Source: Diadema antillarum (taxonomy: Eukaryota). From it: a stretch of 64,000 bases of DNA. Made by a program: the position numbers and the translations under genes. Below, piece after piece: positions 37,068 to 62,495 of the stretch. Location: assembly GCF_040938485.1 (NCBI RefSeq), contig NW_027271003.1:744001-808000 (forward strand), written 5' to 3'. The notes below the pieces were generated by a model. The model had not been told where the DNA came from. It made no database searches and was given only the letters and a program-made list of their open reading frames with translations. The first letter of the stretch is position 1. Each line of letters opens with the position of its first letter.

Positions 37068-38560
37068 GTGTGTGTGTGCGTGCGTGCGTGTGGATAAGTG
37101 TATACGAAACGGCAGCATAGATAGCATGCATGCAACTGCATCTTTTCCAAAACTGACCTTATTTCATTTCTTTTCGTAGGACTTCATATATTTATAAAGA
37201 TTTAAGACCGATTGTCTCAAAACTTTATTGATCTCATGTGCAGCCTTGTATACAATGCTGTTAGTTTGTAGAAATAGAGAAAGATATAATATACATCAAA
37301 GTTTACTATCTCGTCTGGAAAACCAAAAAAATGAAACACTATACAAATCGCAACATTAATTGTTATCAGCCACTTTATTAGGCTGTCATACAGGAAGGTC
37401 GCAAAAGCTAGCACACACGCACACGCGCTCATAATCACTATGTATACATCATATTTACATTTATCACAAGAATTGGCAACACATGCATGCTTGTAAATGT
37501 TTGTTTCAAGGATTGTTTTTTTCTTTATCCGTGGAAAGACAATACAAATGACAAACAGAATGAATAGTCCAAACCTTGTAATTGGCCCAATTTTGCCATT
37601 ATTGTCGGTCAATCAGAATTGGAAGAAACCATGTGGGCGAGGTTAAGGCTTAGAAGCAAGAAGGCCCACTTCATGGTGAAAAAGAACCTCTTGTTTTCCT
37701 TGCCTGAAGTGACAAAGTTGACAAAGGTTTACAAATGCAGTTTAATAAATGCACTTAGATTATGCATTTTGATACTCCAAAATGAAAACTATTACATTTT
37801 TAAAAGTTTGCTCAGCTGTTGTTTAGTGTACCAAACACTTGAGAAACGACTTGATTTGATAAGCAGTCTTCACCCTCCATCGCCAGGTGCAGTTTTAGTT
37901 TTTCCTAGCCGTGGCAAAGTTTTTTTTTTTTTCAGGAATATTACCCGAAATAATCTGCCCCTTATTTCCATGCAATATACAAATGGAGTTTTAAAACCTT
38001 TATCTTTAGACCGTCCATGTAAACATTTAGTCAAATTTGGTTTCAAACGCGGATATTTACAATACAGAGAAAGCACAAATTGCGTGACGTTCCAACAGAG
38101 GTAAGCAGTATGCTTCAATGATATTACAGGAATCATTATCAACAATAATCTCGTAGTCATTGTTAACGTCTATTTAGCAATAACTGATTCAAGCTACTTT
38201 TTTTCCAATGTGAAGAGTTTGTAATATATTGTTTGTGTTCTGTAGATGCATTTCTTTTTGATTTTGTACGTTAAATTAATTGTGCAGTTTTGTTTCATAC
38301 GATAACTACATGTAATATAATAAAATAAATAAAACAATTAGATGTAGTTTTCCACTTGCTCTTGAATTGTCGGCTACACAGATATCTGTGTGGGTAGGTT
38401 TGCTCCTGTAGCAAGTGGGTAAATACATAACGAATAAAAAGAACACTTCATAAGGTTTACACTTAAGGCCAGATGTTTTAATATCTACAGATCTAATTAA
38501 TGAGAATGTCATTATACACTTTAGCTATAACACACTGACAACGGAAATTATACTTACGCA

Positions 38561-38603
<43 letters not shown>

Positions 38604-39655
38604 GTTCGTATCACTTCTAAGAATTTAAAGGTACTGCTTCCCATTGGGAGCAGTAATTGAAAAGGAATGTCGAGTTATCACATTTGCTGATATTATAATG
38701 TATGTGTAGGTCAGTTTTATCACAAAACATTGGAACATATATATTTTGCAATAAAGCCTGAAAAATAATATGGAGAAATCACAATTTTTCTCACTAAGGC
38801 ATAACTGTAGACGATTTAGTTAGAGAACAATTTTATTATAACTATTGCTCACATTTTGTATCCACAATACTTAACACTGAATATACTGATTGACTTCTTT
38901 ACGCTTGTTGTTTCCATCCCTAACTCACATTTTAGAATTATTTTGAAGCACTAAACTGGGTTTTTGTTTCATCTGCAAATGGTTAACAATTCCTTTAAGT
39001 GCTACAGCAAAAAGGCCAAATCAGCTAAGACAGCACACACACATACACATAGGCCGACACACACAAACAAGCACACACACACACACGCACACACAAAGTG
39101 CAAATATTACATTATATAATTACATCTTTTTATCTTCATTGTATAATCCTACCCTTTTCGGCGTAAAATCTTATTACATTGCATGTGATATGATATCATA
39201 CTTTCTTACTCTCTCTTAACCATTTCTGCCCTAGAGATATTCCTAATTCTATAACCTCGGGAAATGGGCCATTCTTCCCGTATCGGGCCCTTGAATTTGG
39301 TCTGTTAGTTTGTTTGTTTGTTCAATTTCAACACAACATGTTATATTTTATTTTCCACTCTGGTCAGGGAATTTTGTCTTTGTATCGTCGTCCTTATTAT
39401 TGCATAGTATGTTCAAGTTGCCTTTTTCTTTCAAAAACATTTTTGTTGTTTTTTTTTCTACTTTGTGTCTGTTGTGTGTTTTATCCTTTTTATTGTTTTT
39501 TGTGTTTTGAAGGGTGATATTTAGTCATCTCTATACGAAAGGTTGTAACAACACTACTGATTTAGACGGGCAACCCCCAATAAAGATTCACAGATATAAT
39601 TATGGTGATTATAATTACACTGCATTCTATGCAAAGGTTTGAACACATGATGTAA

Positions 39656-41683
39656 CTACACAGAGACACCAGACGTTGTGCTCTGTTCACAATTGGATCC
39701 GCAGTATGTGCTACACTCAGAACTGTCCCGTAACGGATGGGTTATTCCCGTGTTTTCGTATATGTAAAAAGTGGAAGCCGACGAATCGGAATCTCCTGTA
39801 TGTACCTGGACGAAACAGCTGCCACGACTGCTTTGGGAAGAACCGTCCTGGTGTCGAGACCAGCGGAATATTGTGTCTTCGTATACATGTGACGCTGAGA
39901 GCAGTGGAGATCCCACTGCTAATGGACCATCAGATTGTGAGGTAAAGTGTTCGCCTTGCGGAATGTCGTAGATAGGATCCTCGTTAACACTGCGGGCTTG
40001 GGATTCTGGAAAGTTTAATCCCGACACCTGTGACTCCTTTGTATATACCATCCCTCCATGTCCTGCTTTTACCCCGGTCGTATTGTTTGTTGTGGTTCGA
40101 CTCAACTGCTTTTTTAGGCAGAGAATAGCAATAATGGCACATACTAGAAGGAGAAAGCCAACTACAGCAGCCACAAGCATGATCCAGTTCAGTTTTGTTG
40201 AATTGAAACCGTTCAATGTAGGATCAGGGGCATCAAGAGTTCCAGTAAAAGGAGAAACATTGCTGGCAGGGTGCATTGTTATTTCTGATCTCTCTTGAGG
40301 CAACGATACTGTTTGATTGTCAGTTGGCTCTGATAATCCGTCATCCAAACTACTAGGTGAATCGATAAGTACGCACGACATCTTGTATGCACGAGTTATT
40401 GTTAAAACTTCACACGTAATGATACCCCTGTGGCCTTTTCCAGGAATGATCATGTGCCAGGAACCGGTATTAAAGTCTCTGGTGTCGCTTGAATCCAACT
40501 GTTTTACCTTTTCGCCGTTCACATACCAACGGACGCCTAGCGTTTCATTTGACTCTCTGTTGAAGGGACATGTGAACTGTTCGAATCCATTATACGTAGA
40601 GACTCTCAGCTGACCCCCTTCAGATTCTGAGTCGTTAACACTCAATGATTTGTGTTGATTCACAGATCCTCTTGAACATCGGTGGTACATTGAAGCATTG
40701 CGCTCTACGAGCAAATTAATGTCAGTGGTATCTCGAGCTTCTCCTATTTCGTTTCGAGCTTTGCAACTCACTTCTATCGTTCTTTCTGTCTCCCAGTCAC
40801 TATTTGCAAAAGTGAGCGTCATATTTTCAGAATTTGAGTTACAACCCGACATGCCTTGGTAAGAATCGCAGGACCATGAGTAATACAGCACTGGTGGAAA
40901 CGAATGCGCAATGCAACGGAATGTTCGCTCAGAAACAAATGGCAAGATGATTGTTTCATTGCTTGGTGTAATCTCTACCGAAGGAGAGTGAAGAATTTCA
41001 AAAGGGCCAATACTGCAATGGACATTTTGATCTGCAAACGCGGGACTTTTAGCTACGCAACAAATCATTTTCTTGTGAAGACGTCGATCAGTGATGACGT
41101 CGCTGATGATTGCCTGAGTCTCTTGAAGCGATGTCGATGTCGTTTCAGCCTGCAAGCCGAGAGTTTCGTTTGGACAAAGAAACCAATTAATTCTGACTGG
41201 TGGGTTGGCCCTTGAGGCTTCACATCGGATAGAAATTGTCTCATATTCTCGTCGAACTGTCTTGCTTGGTCCATCACATTCCAGCTCATGTGGTTTCAGA
41301 AAGTACAGAACTTTGAGTTCAGCGAGGTGGGATGTGAACGATCCATGGGCATAAGGAACAGAGATAACACACTTGTAGTACTTATTAGAATGTCGTGTAG
41401 CTTTGAGAAGATAAAGCTGAGATGTGTATACCAATGTTGTCACGTTATAAGAGGAAGTAATAGTAATAAAGTTGTCTTGATTACTGTGGTAGAAAGTAAA
41501 TCCATTTGACCAGAATGACTGGATCGTTTCTGAGGGTTGACTGAGTCTTACGGAGCACTGAAATGATACCTGGTCATCTTCTTTAGCTGTGATCGACTTC
41601 GGATGCCCGATGAACTCGACAATCGATGTAGGTCGTACTTGATGGCATAACATGCACAAAATGACGACTGTCAGCAGATCCAT
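39656..41683 (-). CDS. Single-exon Ig-superfamily type I membrane protein, paralog 2
   Basis: Uninterrupted ORF. The first ATG (41683) gives signal MDLLTVVILCMLCHQVRP. Same domain order as paralog 1, with shared CSIGPF.vLHSP.VEI.P and YSWSC motifs; TM WIMLVAAVVGFLLLVCAIIAILCL; tail contains DPIYDIP, HVYED and IYENT. Confidence 0.88.
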   Translation of the reverse strand: MDLLTVVILCMLCHQVRPTSIVEFIGHPKSITAKEDDQVSFQCSVRLSQPSETIQSFWSNGFTFYHSNQDNFITITSSYNVTTLVYTSQLYLLKATRHSNKYYKCVISVPYAHGSFTSHLAELKVLYFLKPHELECDGPSKTVRREYETISIRCEASRANPPVRINWFLCPNETLGLQAETTSTSLQETQAIISDVITDRRLHKKMICCVAKSPAFADQNVHCSIGPFEILHSPSVEITPSNETIILPFVSERTFRCIAHSFPPVLYYSWSCDSYQGMSGCNSNSENMTLTFANSDWETERTIEVSCKARNEIGEARDTTDINLLVERNASMYHRCSRGSVNQHKSLSVNDSESEGGQLRVSTYNGFEQFTCPFNRESNETLGVRWYVNGEKVKQLDSSDTRDFNTGSWHMIIPGKGHRGIITCEVLTITRAYKMSCVLIDSPSSLDDGLSEPTDNQTVSLPQERSEITMHPASNVSPFTGTLDAPDPTLNGFNSTKLNWIMLVAAVVGFLLLVCAIIAILCLKKQLSRTTTNNTTGVKAGHGGMVYTKESQVSGLNFPESQARSVNEDPIYDIPQGEHFTSQSDGPLAVGSPLLSASHVYEDTIFRWSRHQDGSSQSSRGSCFVQVHTGDSDSSASTFYIYENTGITHPLRDSSECSTYCGSNCEQSTTSGVSV

Positions 41684-42406
41684 TTTCACAACCCCCGATT
41701 TTATATAGTAGAGTTGTGTTTTACAGTATTGCAATGTGTAAATCACTCATTGCGAATGGCTGAATTAATTCGGTAACGGCCTTATGAGTACTTTCTTCCG
41801 GGTTGCCGTTATCAGATCAGTACTGAATCCTGCGAGGACCTATTGTCCTTTCTCTTTCACCTCTTCTCCTTTTACTTCATGTCATGAAACATGTAATCTC
41901 ATAATTCTACACTGACAAGGAATTGATATATTACTGTTTCTCTCATGCGAATATTTGCAACGCCTTGAAACCAAAAGCAAGCGTAGCTGTTCTTTGTTCT
42001 TCAAGTAAACCTAACTTATCCTCTCAAAAGCGTCGAAAGGTATCGAAAGCTACATAATTATACAAACTGTCAACGAAGATATTTATCATAAATTTTATCG
42101 AAGTGTAGCACGTCAGCATTTTGTTTTCAGTTACTCAGCTCGACAGAATTAGTTAAGATGTTTCCAGGACTATATCATAACGCTACACGCACCGAGTTAG
42201 AAATTAATCTTCGAATAATCTTCGCAGCGTTGTTTTTTTTTTTCTTAACAATTTTCATCGCACTGTATTGATTGTAAAAAAAAAAGCACCCACACATTTG
42301 TTTATCAAAGTTATAAAAGTAATTTGGTTCATTCTTCCTGTTTTTATTTGTGCACTTATTTCATCTTTCTCAGACCTAAATGATGAAATCATGAAAGTTA
42401 TTCTTC

Positions 42407-55039
<12,633 letters not shown>

Positions 55040-55984
55040 CTTGATGGCAGCGCTGTAGCAAGGAGGACTGAAATCACAAATTACAGATTCTCCGAGAGGG
55101 TATTTGAGGTGTTACCAATCAGTTGTTGCTGATGTAGCGAACGGAACATTGCACAGAGAATACACGTTCAGAAGTGACCTAACTTCAGGTACTTCGCGAC
55201 TAAACGATTCAATGTAAGCCTAAAGCCATAATTATCATAGTTGACACTTCTCACCCACTTATTGTTTGCTTTACGTTTTGGTTGTTTGAGAATACTTGTA
55301 GGCCTTCATCCAACGACAACTCACTCGATTCAAATGCAGCTGGATTTGTTACGGACAATAAGATATATTATGTTTGCCAATATGAGACTTCGGTAATAAC
55401 TTTTGATATTCTCCTGCTTTGGAACGATTGCACTGTTATTCAGTTTAACAGTAAGGGAAAACGACCACGTCAACAGTGCGGTAGATCCTTCCTGTGCTTC
55501 CCCTCCTGGACTGCTGTTCAAACAAATAACAAGCAAACATCCGATCTCAACCCTTGCGTAATATTTATACTGGGTAGAATATGAGGGGTCATTGCTAGTC
55601 TGGTTTTCAAACCCTTTGTCAGCTTTTTTTTTTCACAAAATACGCCCTTTGCGACGACGAAGTCGCCTCTTTTACCGAAGCCAAAGGACCATCCAGCTCA
55701 ACCTGCTACTTCGTCCGTCTCATTAGAGGGTCTTGATATTCTGGGACGCAAAATAGCATAGGCAAATGAACTGGAAGCCAGATAAAAAAAAAAAGGTCCA
55801 ACGGTCACACACCCGTGAGTCATACAGCCCACGACAGCTCACGAACTACACAACAAGTAAGACAGACAAACGAACGTGGCACTAAGCATAACAGGCTTGA
55901 TCTAGGCAAAGAAGACACACAAGTTCGACTCTGTGAAAATCTCTTCTCTCTTTTGTTCTATTTGCTGATGATACGAATATATTT

Positions 55985-57040
55985 TATTCTCATAAAGATC
56001 TTAAGATTTTAAATGACACTTTAAATATTGAAATTAGTAAAGTATCAAATTGGTTTAAGTCTAACAAACTTTCTTTGAATATAAAAAAGACTCATTTTAT
56101 TCATTTCAAACTTCATTCTCATAATGAAGATACGTTGATACATATTAACATTGATGATATCCCATTAGAAAAGAAAATGAATTCAAAATTTCTAGGAGTA
56201 TATATAGATGAAAGTTTGACTTGGAATGAGCATTTACATTATGTTACAACGTGTATTTCTAGAAATATAGGGATAATTTCCAAGCTGAAGTTCTTTCTTC
56301 CTCGTTCAACTTTATTTCTATTATATAATTCCTTAATTCTCCCATATATAAGTTATTGCAATGTTGTATGGGGTACTTGCGGCTCTACCAAAATAAATTC
56401 TATATTTAAATTACAAAAGAAAGTTATACGTATTTGTACAGGATCGCATTTTCTGGCTCATACAGATTCTTTATTTCATGAGCTTAAAACATTGAAGGTT
56501 TTTGATTTGAATATTATTCAAGTAGCAGTAATTATGTTCAAATATATACATCATCAACTTCCATCATCGTTTGATAACATGTTTAGGTTCAATACTTCTG
56601 TCCATTCGTACCCTACTCGTATATGTAGAAATTTCCACCTTTTGAATCCCAAATTATTAGTGACACACAAATCTATAAGACATTCGGGTCCGGATATTTG
56701 GAATAATCTCCCGGATAATATAAAGTCTTGTTCAAGTATTTATTCTTTGAAAGCTTCACTTAAACGATATTTGATACAATTATATTCTCCAAACCAATTG
56801 AGCTAACAAATATTTATAGTATAGATTGTCATCTTATTGTCAATCTCAATTTTCTTCCTACAACTGCATCTTGCACTCTCACCTGCAACTGCACTGCACT
56901 CACCTGATCACCTTCCTCCAAGAGAGTTATGTCGTTGGATAGTCATTTTATGAGGCCTCCATCCATTTCAAGCTTAATCGCTTATGATGGTGGTCTCCTG
57001 CATTCAATTATCTCTGTTGTTTACTGAAAAATACTGTATA
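55985..57040 (+). mobile_element. L2/Crack-like LINE, 5'-truncated (RT thumb and C-terminus)
   Basis: WFKSNKLSLNIKKT...KFLGVYIDESLTW...LYNSLILPYISYCNVVWG...IWNNLP (ORF 56075-56806), followed by a 3' UTR. Confidence 0.85.
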
Positions 57041-57363
57041 TTTTATTTTATGTTTCTGTGTATCTACGTTGCTCAATGCAATCACCTATGTGAATCTATT
57101 TATGTACTGTTATCGATTTATTTCAGTGCACTTGTTATTCTTTGTCTTTGTACTTTTTGAAGTTTGCATTCAAATTGCATCTGATTGAATGCAGAAATAA
57201 AAGCAAACAAACAAACAAACAAAATTAAACCCCGTGATCTAAGCATGCCGAGCTCGTGGCCCTGTTTTCCCGTAGTGTTCAGCTCGTGAGCTTTATTTGC
57301 CTCGTGTCTAGCTCGTGTTCCTACTATCACACTTGACTTAGCTTTCGTGGGCCTTGTTCACAT

Positions 57364-57661
57364 GGGCCCGAATTCACGAAGGTGGTACAAATGAAACCAT
57401 GGTTTAAACCATGGACAAAAACCATGGAGCGCAAAGTGTCGCACGGAATATTTCGTAACGAAATTGGCCATTTCGTCGACAAAATGACCGTTTCGTTAAC
57501 GAAATTATCATTTCGTGGACGAAATTTTCATTTAGTTACAAAATATTGTCATTTCGTTACAAAATAATCATTTCATCGACGAAAAATGACTGATTTCGTA
57601 ACGAAATATTCCGTGCGACACTTGGCGCTCCATGGTTTTTGTCCATGGTTTAAACCATGGT
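57364..57661. mobile_element. Palindromic Harbinger-like MITE
   Basis: Left end gggcccgaattcacgaa; ~70-bp near-perfect inverted arms (aaaccatggtttaaaccatggacaaaaaccatggagcgc / gcgctccatggtttttgtccatggtttaaaccatggt); the right terminus is missing. Confidence 0.7.
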
Positions 57662-60083
57662 GAGTTCGTGACGTGCACTCAAATATGATATGTACATTCT
57701 ATAGAAATACTACTGTTTCGTCCACGGGTTTATTTTGATCAGTATTCTGTGTTGGTGTGTGTATAGGCACGTTTGTTCAGGTGTACTCAAGTTCGTGGAC
57801 TGTATGTTTGTTTGTGTGTGTGTGTGTGCGCGCGCGTGGATGTGTATGTGTAATAACTTCCTTTCTGTAAATGTTAAATATATTGAATTTATTTTGCAAA
57901 ACGCCATGATGATACTGGAAACTTTATGTCTGTTTCGAATGTGATCCCACGTGTCGTCAATTGTTAGACATATTAGCAAGAAAAAAATAGAGAAAATTAA
58001 ATATTTCGGATGCCGAATTCGCGTAAAAGGGACATCACAGTTGTACACACAGCTAGCAAGCATATCTAGTAAGACCGAGCCGAACACAATTTGTTTGTAC
58101 TAGCATTTTATGCACTGTCTTTAAGTCGATGCTATCTAAAATTTATTGGCGATATCCCGTTCATATTTGCGGCAAATGAACGTCAGTTTTGACGTGGACA
58201 CTTTCGAAGAGATATAATGAGTGAGGATAAAATGAAAAAAAAATAATAGATGGTCATGATGATGAAGCTGGTGCTTAATGGGATGGTATAGTAATGTTTG
58301 AAGTGAGGATTCAGCTTTAAATTTTTGCTAGATACCTAGAAACCACTTCATGAAATGTTAAAGAGAATACAATTCTAAGAGGTATTTAAAGTTCATCACT
58401 TGATGAAAATTGGTTATGAAATGGCTAAGACATCCTTTTATTATGATCGCTTTGTTTTTGAATATCTCAGCCATTTCAAAACCCATTTTCATCAAATAAA
58501 CTTTGAATTCCTCCTAGAATCATATGCCCTTTTATATTTCTCAAGAGGTTTCTCATTATATCAAAATCCATCCTAAAAAAAGTTGGAAACCTTTAATACG
58601 AGTGATAGGTATGTACCGTAACATTACGTCCAGAAAAGGAGATTATCAGTGCCGTTCATTTACTCCTCAATTACGTCATTAAAAAATCAAATCAAGATCC
58701 TCCGAGGTTTTTCAAGTCAATTCAATTTCTTTATTTTCATCGAACAAAAGGCGATTTATGTCACAAAGTTTAAAAATAACAAGTATGCACACCATAAAAA
58801 ATACCACTTCTATAGCGAATGCGAATGGGATTATAGTATAAAACAAACGATTTTGGAAAAGACATTTAAGAGGTAAATAAAGCGTTGGAAATGAGAATTC
58901 GCTCCAAATCACAGCTCGTCGACGTTTATCCCTCGGTGAAATTCATAATAACATATTTTATCCAAAATGTAAATCTTCCTTGAGTAAAAGTGTTTGCTAA
59001 CTGTTATGATGAAAGCTTATTGTCACTAATACTTAAATAGTACCAGAAAATGCGTCTTTAAAATTAGATATCACATACATATGGTAAATATCAATATAAC
59101 GGCAATATCCAGACGAGATCCATTATTATGTAATGTGTGTACCAATACAGCAGCAGGATTAACAATGCATGATAATACGTATACACAGTGCCATTGGTGA
59201 CGCAGAAAAGGAAAAACAAAAATTCACATAATAAGTAAAGAGGACCTTTTTAGTTGACCTCTCAATTCTCCTTTTCCCCTCTAAAAATAACTTAATATTT
59301 TGCCGGTATGTATGTATATCTCTATTTGTTTATTATGATTATACACCGTGTAAGACAAACATCTAAAAAAAAAAAGAATGAGACTTGTTCCATTACGGCT
59401 ATCAGAATACTCTCCTGCCGACACTATGGGTTTTGGTACCTGGGAAGACCTTTTCTTTTTGATCTCATGTAATGGAATAATCATTTCATGATTCGATATT
59501 CAGACATGTAATAAACCACATCACTTCTCGTATTACGGTTTACAGTATAACGGTTTGAAACCAAAAACAAGCATGACAGTAATCATTCCTATATGCAGTC
59601 TCAATGGATTATTGTTGTAAAAGCATCGACAAACATCGAAAATTCTTTGAAAGCTGTCAAATTGCCAAAATGCATTTCATTTTATTTCATTTTATTTCGC
59701 TTCATTTCCGACAAAAGTGTACAATATGACAATTGCATATAAACATTTATCATCCATGTCATTGGTGTGCACTACATAAGCGTTTATTTGAAAGTTGCTT
59801 GTGTCGAAAAAACGGTAAAAACGAGTAGGACTATACTGTACATACATACATACATACATACAAACTCAGACAGAAACCTTCGAAAATCCGCACTGTTTCT
59901 CTTCCTTCTTCTTTTGCATTTTTGTCCTTACACCAATAATTTCACCGGATCGGTGAAATAGTGAAAATTATCTCTCATGCAAGTAAGAAGGATTTGTTGC
60001 ATACTCAGCCTGTTTTGTTTGTTTATTTGTATTGTCTTTCTCAGACCTAAATATTGAAACCAACAGAGTTATCCTAGAACAAC

Positions 60084-61601
60084 TTATTCGACATTCGTAT
60101 CTGTGTATGATGCTTCCCTCACAGCTTCTCCAAGTCGTTTTATTCCCTGGAACAACGATAAAACGAGAAATACATAAGAATCAACGAACCTTATCTGAAA
60201 TCAGGGTGATGTAAGCACAATTAAAAACAAATCAAAGAACATTTTAAACGTTTGTAGCTGGTTTAGGACTATACAGCTATGGTTAGGTCAAAGATTTGAT
60301 TCTCTTGTTGGAGATGATGTGCACTGTGGCGGATCCAGGAATTGCACAAAGGGGAGTGCCTTCAAAAAATTAAAAGGGGCGCACACGCCCCCCTCCCCCA
60401 CATTTTTTATTTCTATTTCTGTTGTTTGAATAGCAAAAATTAAGAGGGGGCGAGCCCAGTGCGCCCCACCCCGGATCTGCCACTGGTGCATCTCATAAGA
60501 ATTGGATGATCATAACGAGCATATATTTGGGATCGAGAATCCAATTGCTATAGTTTGCTGACACAGACACACGCACAAAAAATAAGGGTTATAAATATTT
60601 TACAAGGGAAAATCCATAATGTCGAAAGTTAATTGAGTTGAACCAAAATATGTGTTAGCAGGTCTACAATGTACCCGGAAAATGACATACGGGGGTTTTA
60701 TGGATCAGGCTTATGTAATTCACTCCAAATTTGCACATGACACGAAAGAAATGCTTTTAAAACTGCGTACAGTAACGAACATTTCATTTCATTTCATTTC
60801 ATTTCATTTCAATCTCATTTTTCTCTCAAGAAAACATAACACAAAGTAAATCAAAAATTCAATCATAAGCATATTATTACAAAGTATGACAATCAATAGT
60901 GATCAACAAACTAATAAAGATATGTACACATATTGGAATTACAAAGTTAAGTTAACATAAATCCTTATAGAGAATAGATTTTTCAGATTGGCAGTAACAA
61001 TCTCTGGATGTAGAAATTACTTTTTTTTTTTTAATCGAGTGAAAATATTCACTCTTTAAGGAGTGAATACAATAAAGGAATGAATCAAGAGTGAAATTGG
61101 AGTGAATTTTGAGTGAAAATGTTTATTTTCACTCATTTTGGAGTGACCTCAGGGATCACTCGAAGATTTTGGAGTGATCTCTGAGGTCACTCTAAAATGA
61201 GTGAAAATGAACATTTTCACTCAAAATTCACTCTAATTTCTCTCTTTTTTGTATTCACTCCGTAAAGAGTGAATATTTTCACTCGATTTTTTTTTTAGAG
61301 AGTATGGGGGTAATTTTTCCAATGCTTAAGCTTCTAAAGATGCGCTTTTTTAAGCAATGTTTACCTCTTAAAATAATTAAAGCATTATTCACCTCAACTA
61401 GATCGCTCTCCGATGCTTTGGAATAAGCAACCCGTACGTACGAGGAGGGCACCGATTTGTCTATGTAGAAGATGTTGCCAGGGGTGAAAACCACGCCCCT
61501 AGTTACGACAGCCTCCATCAGAAACTTCTCCGTGTCTTTGATGGTAGGCAGTTCAATCCACATGAACATTCCAGATCTTGGAACAGTCCACTTAGCAAGG
61601 C
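60084..61601 (-). CDS. AADAT: Second AADAT-like paralog, last two exons
   Basis: Exons 61393-61601 (GLAKWTVPRSGMFMWIELPTIKDTEKFL..., 209 nt as in copy 1) and 60084-60146 (GIKRLGEAVREASYTDTNVE*). The 3' UTR also resembles copy 1. Upstream exons were not found in the window. Confidence 0.85.
60324..60484. mobile_element. Small MITE with CAGTGGCGGATCC-type TIRs (hAT-like)
   Basis: ctgtggcggatcc ... ggatctgccactg. Confidence 0.6.
61032..61288. repeat. Near-perfect ~255-bp palindrome of gagtgaa/ttcactc units
   Basis: aatcgagtgaaaatattcactcttt ... aaagagtgaatattttcactcgatt. Confidence 0.8.
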
Positions 61602-61961
61602 CTTGAGCATAAATTACAATGGAGGAACACAGTCTGAATCGTGTTCGTGATTATTTTACAGAGGTGTGGCAAAATATATGAGGAAACTTGAAGAAAAGGT
61701 GGAAAGAGAGGGAAATGATATAATAAGATGTGTTTTGAAAGCATACCATTTTTATTTGTCAGAGGCAAAACGAAGTAAAAGCATGGCTTATTCAGCAATC
61801 ATCCATCATTAATCCCAGTCAAGTATTACGCAGTTTATTACGTCGAACTGACAACAAACGGAGTCACTTCGTTTTAGCTGTCAAATATTGAAGCCCTTGC
61901 CATCAAGGGTTATTCCAGTAAATACATGCATATACACAATTTATGAAAACATGTATGCTTT

Positions 61962-62152
61962 CTGTAAAAGTGGATTTTTTTTTTCGATGTGGAAATTTTC
62001 GCACATTTTGCGCAACCACAAATTAGCGCGAAAATAAAAGCACGCGAATATATTATCTTCCACTAGTCAACGTTCTGATTCCGCGGAATTAAAAACACGC
62101 AAAATTCATCGCTCCCGGCCAAGCGCGAAAATGATTAGTATCCACTTTTGCA
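61962..62152. mobile_element. Small MITE
   Basis: TIRs ctgtaaaagtggat / atccacttttgcag, with internal cgcgaaaat motifs. Confidence 0.6.
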
Positions 62153-62219
62153 GGTGAAAGGCGGTATGTCCTGTCTTATTTTCTTAATTATTACCACACT
62201 TTGCAATGTGTTCATGCTG

Positions 62220-62495
62220 TTATTGTGGTGCGCCCGAACATGCCAAGTGTGATATTTGGAAATGGTCTGTTGTGAGGTGGGCACACTTTATTGTGTAAAT
62301 CGCGAGGAGTTGTATCTGAAATTTGAGCAGAAATCGGCAAACTCTGTATACTTCCAGAAATGGTTTGTGTTGAATGCGTCCTCTCGAAAACTCAGACACA
62401 CAAAGCGCTGCATGGAAAAAAGATGTCACACTAAGCGCTTTGAAAATAGTGCAATTCCTTACCTCACAAGGCTGTTGAATTCTAAATTAATGTAA
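62220..62495 (+). mobile_element. Degenerate LINE 3' fragment
   Basis: ...CHTKRFENSAIPYLTRLLN is a typical non-LTR ORF2 C-terminus. Confidence 0.5.

Noticed and set aside
37217-38160. ORFs of 131 and 161 aa between the Ig genes
   Set aside because: No recognisable domain or splice structure; composition reflects AT-rich sequence.
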